Shown here piece by piece: positions 56,895 to 64,000 of a stretch of DNA of 64,000 bases; within the stretch, counting starts at the first letter, position 1, and every line of letters begins with the position of its first letter. The notes beneath the pieces were generated by a model. That model saw only the letters and a list, made by a program, of their open reading frames with translations. It searched no databases and was not told the DNA's origin. A program made the translations under genes and the position numbers. The stretch is taken from the NCBI GenBank assembly GCA_018509705.1, contig GCA_018509705.1_3630.1; one strand, written 5' to 3'. Source of the stretch: a phage.

Positions 56895-57983
56895 ATGGCT
56901 GTATTTAATGCTGAGAACACCGCTCATAAAACTGGTGACTATCCGCTGTTTCTAGGACAGCAAATGGGTATGTACGACTCTATCAACAAAAAATATCCAC
57001 AACTGTTTGAACTGTACAAAAAACAAAAAGAACAAGATTGGGCAGAGGATGAAGTGGATTTGTCGCAATCTATTTCAGATTTTGTAACATGCTCAAAGTC
57101 AACTTATGACGTGATGGTGCAGACCTTGATGTGGCAATGGGAGGCTGATAGCGTTGCGGCAAGATCGATCATCTGCCTCTTTTCACCATTCATCACTAAT
57201 AGTGAGCTTTTCACCCTATTGATGAAACAGTCGGAGATTGAAGTTCTTCACGCACTAACTTACTCAGAGATTGTTAGACAATGCCTCCCCAATGCCCGTG
57301 AGATTATAGAAGAGATCCAGGAAAACCAAAACGTTCTGAGCAGATCCGGCGTTATTGTCAAATACATGCAGGAACTCGAGGTTATTGGTGCAAAATACCG
57401 ACTGGATCCTTCTAGTGTTGAAGAAGATGTTGTGCGGAAATGCATTCTTAGAGCGCTTTTTGCACTTTTGGCTCTGGAAAGTATTGAGTTTATTGCAAGT
57501 TTTGCATGCACTTTCGCAGTGGCTGAACAGGGTATCTTTGTTCAGGTGGCGCAGCTTGTTCAAAAAATCATGCTTGACGAAATGCTACATTCGAAAGGTG
57601 ATTTTGCCATCATTGATATCCTGCTTAACGATCCCGCATGGGAGAAAAGCTTCCTTGAGATAAAGGGAGAGTTAAAAGAGATTCTTGATGAAGTACGAAC
57701 CAAGGAGTACGGTTGGAGCGACTATATTTTCAGCGAAGGAAGAGCGATTATAGGTCTTAACTCACCGTTGCTTAAAGAATGGGTTGACTATAACTGTTCA
57801 CCGATTTATGATTACTACGACATCGACAAAGACTTTGTGCCGCCAACAAAGGACCCGCTACCGTTTATGCAGGTGTGGATGAAACCTTCATTGCAACAGA
57901 CGGCGAACCAAGAAATGTCGAACACTGACTACCGCGTCAACACAACTGTTAACGACGCTGAAGAAGAAATTTGGGAGTTTTAA
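56895..57983 (+). CDS. nrdB: ribonucleoside-diphosphate reductase small subunit
   Basis: 362-aa ORF immediately after nrdA with acidic C-terminal tail (EEEIWEF) typical of R2; family assigned by size and context. Confidence 0.75.
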   Translation: MAVFNAENTAHKTGDYPLFLGQQMGMYDSINKKYPQLFELYKKQKEQDWAEDEVDLSQSISDFVTCSKSTYDVMVQTLMWQWEADSVAARSIICLFSPFITNSELFTLLMKQSEIEVLHALTYSEIVRQCLPNAREIIEEIQENQNVLSRSGVIVKYMQELEVIGAKYRLDPSSVEEDVVRKCILRALFALLALESIEFIASFACTFAVAEQGIFVQVAQLVQKIMLDEMLHSKGDFAIIDILLNDPAWEKSFLEIKGELKEILDEVRTKEYGWSDYIFSEGRAIIGLNSPLLKEWVDYNCSPIYDYYDIDKDFVPPTKDPLPFMQVWMKPSLQQTANQEMSNTDYRVNTTVNDAEEEIWEF

Positions 57984-57986
57984 TAT

Positions 57987-58265
57987 ATGAGCTGTGAAAA
58001 ATCTTTTTTCTTTATTATTTACGGTAAAGATAACTGCCCACATTGTGTCAGAGCAAAAGAATTTGCAATCAGCAAAGGTCTGCCTTTTGTATATAAGACA
58101 CTTGGCGAGGGATACACAAAAGAAGAGCTTATTGAGAAGTGTAGCCCAATCGTGCCCAGAACGTTGCCGCAGATCTTCTTAGAAAGCAATCTTGAAAGTG
58201 TCCATATAGGCGGTGCCGACGATTTCATCTCTTTTGTTAAGAATGGTTTTGGAGAGAAAAAGTGA
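57987..58265 (+). CDS. glutaredoxin/thioredoxin-like redoxin (NrdC/NrdH-like)
   Basis: CPHC active site in FIIYGKDNCPHCVRAKEF; located between nrdB and nrdD. Confidence 0.65.
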   Translation: MSCEKSFFFIIYGKDNCPHCVRAKEFAISKGLPFVYKTLGEGYTKEELIEKCSPIVPRTLPQIFLESNLESVHIGGADDFISFVKNGFGEKK

Positions 58266-59125
58266 AAGTTGTAAAACGGGACGGTAGAGAAGAGTTCTAT
58301 AACGGAATTAAGGTGATCAAGGCGGCAGAGTCCGCCTTACTTGAGTCTGGACATACTGAAGAAGAAGCTTACCGGATCGCCTGCGCGGTTAATGAAGTTG
58401 TTGCTAACAATCTACCAACCGACCAGTGCACGATCTCTGTAAAAAATATCCATATCCTTGTTGAAGACGCTCTTATGGATATGGGTTTAAAATGTGCAGC
58501 CAGAGAATACATCCAGTATAGGCAGACAAGAGATAATAACAGAGAGGCAGGTGGAAAACTGCTTGCAGATATTAGTGGCTTCTTGGATCGCACTTGTGAT
58601 GAATTTACAAAAGAAAACGCAAATAAGCCTACCAATCATGTACACACTCATCGTGACCTGCTTGCAGGCATTCTTAGCAAACACCTTGCATCAACACAGA
58701 TCCTGCCAGACCGTGTCTCTGAAGAGCACAATAAAGGCTTCATCCATGTGCATGATCTTGACTACTTGATCAGTCCGTTAACAAACTGTTGTTTGGTAAA
58801 TTATCCAGATATGCTGGAAAACGGATTCAACATTGGTAACGCTCATGTCAGTAAGCCGAAGTCAATAGGGGTTGCAACAACAATCCTTAGCCAAATCTCT
58901 AGTGCGGTAGCTAGTGCTCAATATGGTGGTCAGACTATGAGCCATATTGATCATTATCTGGCACAGTATGCTGAAGCAACCTATGAGAAGAACCTTAAAT
59001 TTTGCCAGGAACATTGGTTGCCAGATGCTGAGACTGTTGCAATGCAAATGACAGATAAAGACGTATTTGACAGCATGCAGACTTTGCTCTATCAAATCAA
59101 TACGTTAACTTCTGTCAACGGTTAA
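58262..59125 (+). CDS. nrdD: anaerobic ribonucleotide reductase, N-terminal segment (putative exon 1)
   Basis: ATP-cone-like KVVKRDGREEFYNGIKV; ORF ends at a stop entering a structured non-coding stretch; true 3' boundary unknown. Confidence 0.7.
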   Translation: MKVVKRDGREEFYNGIKVIKAAESALLESGHTEEEAYRIACAVNEVVANNLPTDQCTISVKNIHILVEDALMDMGLKCAAREYIQYRQTRDNNREAGGKLLADISGFLDRTCDEFTKENANKPTNHVHTHRDLLAGILSKHLASTQILPDRVSEEHNKGFIHVHDLDYLISPLTNCCLVNYPDMLENGFNIGNAHVSKPKSIGVATTILSQISSAVASAQYGGQTMSHIDHYLAQYAEATYEKNLKFCQEHWLPDAETVAMQMTDKDVFDSMQTLLYQINTLTSVNG

Positions 59126-59433
59126 CAAACTGGCCGTTTTAAAACTCTGCTAACCTCAGTATGAGGGGTCAGCTGATCGCTGGCTAACGGGGAACGCTAA
59201 GGCGAAAGCTATGCCAATCCCGTGACTAGCTTCACAAGGAGTGAGGCGGTTGTAACGACTAACCTTTTGGTGTAGGGATTATGGAAGATTCCGAAACGCA
59301 GAGGTCTGATTAAGAATCACACGGTGTGATTTCAGGCAAGAGATAGTCTGGCCTTGTGGAAACATAAGGGTGGGGACCGCAAACCCCTTTTATCACATTA
59401 AGTTTAGGTCTGGACACCTCAGTATTTGGTAGA
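59126..59433 (+). mobile_element. intervening sequence 1 in nrdD (putative self-splicing intron, no ORF)
   Basis: About 300 nt without an ORF, locally GC-richer with many complementary segments, between two nrdD-like segments. Confidence 0.45.
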
Positions 59434-59688
59434 ATGATTACCAAAAACTACTTGAAAGTCCACAAAATGGGTCTTGGTGAAGAACGTATCACACCTGTGT
59501 TCCCTAAAGTGCTGTTCTTCCTAGAAGAGGGTGTCAACATGAACCCTGGAGATCCTAACTATGATTTGAAACGATTAGCTTTGGAATGCTCTGCAGAGCG
59601 GATTTATCCTGACTTTGTTTCTGTTCCACTAAATCGTAAAGTGACAGGATCGACAGATGGCAAAGTAACGAGCATGGGTAAACTATAA
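59434..59688 (+). CDS. nrdD: anaerobic ribonucleotide reductase, middle segment (putative exon 2; boundaries approximate)
   Basis: 84-aa ORF between the two intervening sequences; assignment by context. Confidence 0.45.
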   Translation: MITKNYLKVHKMGLGEERITPVFPKVLFFLEEGVNMNPGDPNYDLKRLALECSAERIYPDFVSVPLNRKVTGSTDGKVTSMGKL

Positions 59689-60411
59689 CTGCTCATGTAA
59701 AATCTATCTAAACGGGGAAACTCCAGAACGGACAATCCCGTGCTAAACGTAACAGAACTCCTGACCAAGAGGAGTCCTGAAATGAGAAAACAAATTCGTG
59801 ATTTTGAAGGTTATGAAATTGACGAGATGGGCAATGTTTATTGCACCCGCTACGAAAATGAAAGAATTATTCATTCGTGGGAAGAGATAAACACAGGTTA
59901 CCGTCTTGTTAGGATACGCAAGAACAAAAAGACTGTTTGCCTAAGGGTTCACAGACTTGTTGCTGAATCGTTCTTACCAAATCCAGACAATTTACCCTAT
60001 GTTAAGCACAAAGGGGACAACAGGAAAGATAACAGTGTATACAACCTTGAGTGGGGAGCTTGCCCAGACAATACGCAAGAAGGATACAACAACAACTGTT
60101 ATGCTTTTTACACAAAATGCCACGGTGTGAAAGCCACCAACAAATTAACTGGTGAGGTTTTCCACTTTAAAAGTCTGAGATGTTGTGCTGATGTTTTAGG
60201 AGTGGATAGAAAAAGAATATCTGCTATCCTGAAACGTGGTGCGCCTAATAACTATGATTACGAGTTCTGTTACGAAATGCCTAACGACTAACCGTGATGA
60301 ATGTAGCGGTGTAGGGTGTAAGCCGATGACACTCGAAATGGTAGACACACTAAGTGTGAAGATATAGTCTGATCTGCATGGGAACATGCAGCAGCACGTA
60401 AAGGTGCGGGG
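59689..60411 (+). mobile_element. intervening sequence 2 in nrdD (putative intron) carrying an HNH endonuclease ORF
   Basis: Contains ORF 59740-60291 plus a structured 3' tail; the nrdD frame resumes downstream. Confidence 0.45.
59740..60291 (+). CDS. intron-encoded HNH homing endonuclease
   Basis: HNH_3-like core CLRVHRLVAESFLPNP...NLEWGAC. Confidence 0.55.
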   Translation: MLNVTELLTKRSPEMRKQIRDFEGYEIDEMGNVYCTRYENERIIHSWEEINTGYRLVRIRKNKKTVCLRVHRLVAESFLPNPDNLPYVKHKGDNRKDNSVYNLEWGACPDNTQEGYNNNCYAFYTKCHGVKATNKLTGEVFHFKSLRCCADVLGVDRKRISAILKRGAPNNYDYEFCYEMPND

Positions 60412-61404
60412 GTGGACTTGCGAACCACCCTGAACATAATGTGTAGAAGTTTCTTATCGAAATATAGCGACCCTGTAACAGGCGAGGAGAAATACCTTGG
60501 CAGATTTAACTTAGGCGTTGTTAGCCTTAACCTGCCAATGATTGCGGCAAAAGCTAAAACGGAAGGTGTTGATTTCTTTGCAGTTCTTGACGAATACCTG
60601 GATCTTGCATACGAGGCTCACCTTGTAAGGGTTAACCGTCTAAAAGGAACAAAGGCAGGGCAGAACCCTATCATGTGGTGTGAAGGCGCTCTTGCTCGCC
60701 TGGATCCTGAAGAGAGTATTGATAAACTCTTCTATGACGGGTACGCTTCCATCAGTATTGGGTATATTGGTGTGTATGAAACCTGTCAGATTTTGGGCAG
60801 GGAGGGTGACAAGGCTTTAGCTCTTGGAATACTACAGCACATGAGAGATGCTTGTGAGCGATACAAGAAGGAAAGTAGACTAGCGTTTAGCTTGTACGGC
60901 ACTCCTTCTGAGAGTCTATGCTATAAAGCTGCAACCTGTCTGGATCGTGAATATCCTGAAGTGTTGAAGCACGAGCATGAATATCTCACCAACAGTTTCC
61001 ATCAGCCAGTATGGATCAATAGCTCTCCTTTTGATAAGTGGGAGTATGAAGAAGGTTTTGCTATGATATCCTCTGGTGGCAACATCGGATACGTAGAGAC
61101 ACCAAATCTGAAAAACAACTTAGATGCTTTGGAAGCTCTTGTTGATTTCGGATATAAACACATTATGTATTTTGGTATCAACCAGCCTGTGGATAAATGT
61201 CTTAAGTGTGGTTTCTCTGGTGAGTTCAGTGCAACAGCTAAAGGGTTCTGCTGCCCTGCGTGCGGATGCCACGATGAACAATATATCTCAGTGATCCGAA
61301 GAGTGTCTGGATACCTTTCCAGTCCTAACTCCCGTCCTTACAATAAAGGTAAGCAAGCGGAAGTTATAGAACGGGTTAAGCACTACGGAAGTTGTGGTTG
61401 CTGA
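60412..61404 (+). CDS. nrdD: anaerobic ribonucleotide reductase, C-terminal segment (putative exon 3; track start is not the true boundary)
   Basis: CRSFL and GRFNLGVVSLNLPMIA, C-terminal Cys cluster CLKCG...CPACGC and glycyl-radical-like RRVSGYLS. Confidence 0.7.
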   Translation: MDLRTTLNIMCRSFLSKYSDPVTGEEKYLGRFNLGVVSLNLPMIAAKAKTEGVDFFAVLDEYLDLAYEAHLVRVNRLKGTKAGQNPIMWCEGALARLDPEESIDKLFYDGYASISIGYIGVYETCQILGREGDKALALGILQHMRDACERYKKESRLAFSLYGTPSESLCYKAATCLDREYPEVLKHEHEYLTNSFHQPVWINSSPFDKWEYEEGFAMISSGGNIGYVETPNLKNNLDALEALVDFGYKHIMYFGINQPVDKCLKCGFSGEFSATAKGFCCPACGCHDEQYISVIRRVSGYLSSPNSRPYNKGKQAEVIERVKHYGSCGC

Positions 61405-61470
61405 TACTTGACAAAAGCCACAAGGATGTGGCACCCTTAGTTCAAAGACGAGAACTAAGAGGATTCAGCA

Positions 61471-62631
61471 GTGAGAAAACTTACAACCGAAGATTTTATA
61501 GAGGGGGCGAAAGCAGTTCATGGTGATAAATATGATTATTCCAAAGTCAAATATGTGGGTGCACACACCAAGATTGTAATTATATGCCCTGAGCATGGAG
61601 AATTTAAGAAAACTCTTGGAGATCACCTCCGTAAAAAACAGGGTTGCCCAAAATGTCAGATTGAAGCAGAAAGAGCGGCTTCTGCTGAAAAATTTAAAGC
61701 GGAGGCCGAGGCTAAGTATAATTATAAATATGATTACTCTAAGGTAGAGTATGTAAATGCTAAAACTAAAGTTGTGATTGTTTGTCCTGTTCACGGCGAG
61801 TTTGAGCAAAAGCCTGATAACCATCTCCGCGAGGGGGGTTGCCGTAAGTGTGGAGGAACTGAGAGAAAGACTACTGAAGAGTGGATCGCTGAGGCAAAAG
61901 CGCTTCATGGCGATAAGTATGATTACTCTCTTGTAAATTATAAAACCGGTAATGATAAAGTGGAGATAATCTGTAATACATGTGGTGCTCACTTCCCACA
62001 AAGACCTCATGACCATGCACCAAGTGGAAAAGGTTGCCCCGAGTGCGGGAAGAAGAAGGTGGCCGAGGTTAGTAGGAAGACGCAGAGAAAGAAAGCATCT
62101 GAGGTAGCTAAAAGGTTTGAGGCAAGAGCCAGAGCTATCCATAAAGATAAATACGATTATTCCAGGGTGGAATATGTTAATAGGGAGACAGAGGTCACTA
62201 TCATCTGTCCGATTCACGGGGAGTTCACACAAAAACCGTTTGTCCACATCAACCAAAAAGCTGGCTGTCAAAAATGTGCTAAAGTCGGCTTCTTATCTCA
62301 TGAACATGGTAGCCTTTATATCATGGTTGACGATCTGGAAGTACCAACTATGATGAAAATTGGTGTGAGTGTCCGGGTAGATGAACGAAGAAAAGATGTG
62401 TTAAAAAGAGCTAAAAAAGCTGGTGCTAGATTCTCTGATCTACATGTTATAAAAACTTGGGAAGGAACAACAGACGACATGCAAACTTTAGAAAAAGCTA
62501 TGCACCAAGCCTTGAGCCAATACAAAATCAACTTCACAGAGAAGTTTGATGGCTGTCGAGAGTTCTTCTACTACAGACCGGAGGTGTTCAGCATAGTGGA
62601 AGCAGCGTATAAAGAGATCTGCGGTAAATGA
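61471..62631 (+). CDS. repeat protein: four tandem Cys/His zinc-ribbon-like repeats plus C-terminal GIY-YIG-like (T5orf172-type) domain; putative free-standing homing endonuclease
   Basis: Four repeats of about 45 aa (GDKYDYS.V.Y...V.I.CP.HGEF...P..H...GC.KC), visible at DNA level; C-terminal SLYIMVDD...MMKIGVS...RRKDVLKR. Confidence 0.4.
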   Translation: MRKLTTEDFIEGAKAVHGDKYDYSKVKYVGAHTKIVIICPEHGEFKKTLGDHLRKKQGCPKCQIEAERAASAEKFKAEAEAKYNYKYDYSKVEYVNAKTKVVIVCPVHGEFEQKPDNHLREGGCRKCGGTERKTTEEWIAEAKALHGDKYDYSLVNYKTGNDKVEIICNTCGAHFPQRPHDHAPSGKGCPECGKKKVAEVSRKTQRKKASEVAKRFEARARAIHKDKYDYSRVEYVNRETEVTIICPIHGEFTQKPFVHINQKAGCQKCAKVGFLSHEHGSLYIMVDDLEVPTMMKIGVSVRVDERRKDVLKRAKKAGARFSDLHVIKTWEGTTDDMQTLEKAMHQALSQYKINFTEKFDGCREFFYYRPEVFSIVEAAYKEICGK

Positions 62632-62683
62632 TCGTAGAAAGATACACACATCTTAAACATGCTATAAACTAAGGAGGTACAGT

Positions 62684-62800
62684 ATGTCTAAAGGTATTTC
62701 TAAAATTTGCAAGTGTGGTTGTCGTTGCAATCTTCGTTGGTGCAAGGCACTAGATGATTTTATTTGGCATTGCCCTAAATGTGATACGGAGTATCTATGA
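62684..62800 (+). CDS. small Cys-rich zinc-ribbon protein (38 aa)
   Basis: MSKGISKICKCGCRCNLRWCKALDDFIWHCPKCDTEYL; AAGGAGG RBS; ATGA overlap with nrdG. Confidence 0.3.
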   Translation: MSKGISKICKCGCRCNLRWCKALDDFIWHCPKCDTEYL

Positions 62801-63270
62801 ACATTGTCGGATACACAGAAATATCTTACACAGAAGGGCCAGGTATTAGAACTGCCTTGTGGGTATCTGGGTGCCCACACGCTTGCCCTGGTTGCTTTAA
62901 TCAGGCATTTTGGTCAAAAGATAAGGGGAGGGAGTTCACTGAAGAAGATTTGCAAAAAATCTTGTCAGATTTAGATAACCCGTCTGTGTGCGGTATCTCT
63001 CTGCTGGGTGGAGAACCCTTAGCATACTATAATGAGCCAGATATTATTAGCCTGATGGAGAAAATTAAGGAAAAATTTGGTGACAAGAAAACTATTCTTG
63101 TATATACTGGGTTCACATTTAACCATATCTCTAGTGATGTTCTTAAACTGGCTGATATCATCATTGACGGTAAGTATGTAAAAGATTTACCAACCAAGAA
63201 ACCGTTCCGAGGCAGTGATAATCAAAGAATGTTTAAAAAAGTATCAGGCGGTTGGGTTCAGGTAGACTAG
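62797..63270 (+). CDS. nrdG: anaerobic ribonucleotide reductase activating protein (radical SAM)
   Basis: GCPHACPGCFN radical-SAM Cys motif near the N-terminus; 157 aa. Confidence 0.8.
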   Translation: MNIVGYTEISYTEGPGIRTALWVSGCPHACPGCFNQAFWSKDKGREFTEEDLQKILSDLDNPSVCGISLLGGEPLAYYNEPDIISLMEKIKEKFGDKKTILVYTGFTFNHISSDVLKLADIIIDGKYVKDLPTKKPFRGSDNQRMFKKVSGGWVQVD

Positions 63271-63273
63271 TTG

Positions 63274-63303
63274 TTGACAAAGCTTTGTTTAGATAGGTAT
63301 AAT
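63274..63303 (+). promoter_or_regulatory. sigma70-like promoter (TTGACA-18-TATAAT)
   Basis: gTTGACAaagctttgtttagataggTATAATtatcg immediately after nrdG. Confidence 0.55.
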
Positions 63304-63335
63304 TATCGTAAAATGAAAGCAGAGGAGGTGCCAAA

Positions 63336-63449
63336 TGGCTAAAAAAGCCTTGAAGAAGGCGTACAAGAAAGAGATTGCGCTTGAGCTTAAGAAAAAACAC
63401 AAGCGTGAAAAGAAACATCATGAGGATGAAGAGGGGGTGCAACAGTGAC
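63336..63449 (+). CDS. hypothetical small basic protein (37 aa)
   Basis: ATG preceded by AGAGGAGG; MAKKALKKAYKKEIALELKKKHKREKKHHEDEEGVQQ; below the track length cut-off. Confidence 0.2.
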
Positions 63450-63795
63450 ACAAGAACGTATCGATTTGGCTAATAAGTTTGTAGATCTCATTTTGCCACG
63501 GTTAGTTACTCAACATGCAGACGCTATTTCTACTAATCTTGATGGCTTACGCCTAATGCTGAATCGCACAGATGATCCTCGTATTCGAGCTGATTTAGAA
63601 GCCTCTGCCAACAAACTGGAAAAGTTCTTGCAAGTAGATACGCAAGAAGCCTTACACAAGATTATGGTGGAAGGTTTCTCTAAAGAATTTACCATTAAAG
63701 AGCTTAAGGAGCTGATCCACCAAGAAGAGATGAATATCCGAGTTCAGGCTGTTGCAAGCAGCATGGAAGCGGCTATTGAAAAACTGTTGCAGTAA
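63445..63795 (+). CDS. hypothetical protein
   Basis: ORF track (GTG start). Confidence 0.3.
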   Translation: MTQERIDLANKFVDLILPRLVTQHADAISTNLDGLRLMLNRTDDPRIRADLEASANKLEKFLQVDTQEALHKIMVEGFSKEFTIKELKELIHQEEMNIRVQAVASSMEAAIEKLLQ

Positions 63796-63833
63796 AAGTA
63801 CTTGGCACATCTCAATCTGAAAGGAGTACCAAC

Positions 63834-64000
63834 ATGGGTCGAGCTAAAGAAACAAAACGCATGCGTGATGAAGCTAGAGAGGCTCGCAAATCTGATCGCC
63901 TGCGTAAGGCTGCTGAGAAATTTGCTGACGAACGAGAGCACACCGCTCCAGCTCTCCGACCGATGAATAAAAAGCAGCAAAAGTATCTTGATTATCTAGG
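63834..64000 (+). CDS. hypothetical protein, partial (continues beyond the right edge)
   Basis: ATG after AAGGAG; open to the end of the window. Confidence 0.25.
   Translation, partial: MGRAKETKRMRDEAREARKSDRLRKAAEKFADEREHTAPALRPMNKKQQKYLDYL

Noticed and set aside
61465-62271. 268-aa minus-strand ORF antisense to the repeat-protein gene
   Set aside because: Low-complexity, hydrophobic translation with no motifs; the plus-strand ORF has conserved Cys/His repeats and fits operon polarity.
63233-63451. 72-aa minus-strand ORF overlapping the nrdG 3' end and promoter
   Set aside because: Antisense to nrdG and to a strong plus-strand promoter; no RBS or motif.
1-64000. CRISPR arrays, integrase/repressor lysogeny module, transposases or insertion sequences
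   Set aside because: No regularly spaced direct repeats with unique spacers and no recombinase-like ORF seen; the only tandem repeats are the 22-bp palindromes at 37105-37148 and protein-coding repeats.

Overview
The whole window reads as one contiguous piece of a large virulent tailed-phage (Caudoviricetes) genome; I found no integrase, repressor or obvious host genes. All calls come from reading the supplied sequence and six-frame translations; no database search or RNA-folding program was run, so family names rest on recognised motifs and should be treated as hypotheses. Layout: (1) positions 1-33500, minus strand, is a virion-morphogenesis module running right to left: terminase large subunit (interrupted), portal, scaffold, possible decoration protein, major capsid, head-tail proteins, putative sheath and tube, chaperones, tape measure, baseplate and central spike, several very large fibre proteins and a partial baseplate J-like gene at the left edge, with hairpin plus T-run terminators after most large genes. 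(2) 32809-33491 is an Rz/Rz1-like spanin pair. (3) 33913-34725 is a minus-strand cluster of seven tRNA genes, one of them atypical. (4) 34800-38600 holds small minus-strand genes, two GC-rich non-coding islands and a putative polynucleotide kinase and metallophosphatase. (5) 38691-64000, plus strand, is a nucleotide-metabolism and DNA-transaction module: RNA ligase, Sir2-like protein, ATP-dependent DNA ligase, lambda-R-type endolysin, 5'-3' exonuclease, RuvC-like and endonuclease-VII-like nucleases, DEDD exonuclease, adenine methyltransferase, dNMP kinase, HAD phosphatase, ThyX, NrdA, NrdB, glutaredoxin, NrdD and NrdG, with sigma70-like promoters. The most notable observations are two essential genes (terminase large subunit, nrdD) interrupted by intron-like intervening sequences carrying HNH-type endonuclease ORFs, an RNA-repair-like gene trio next to the tRNA cluster, two structured GC-rich islands with no credible ORF, and a Sir2-centred gene trio of unknown role.
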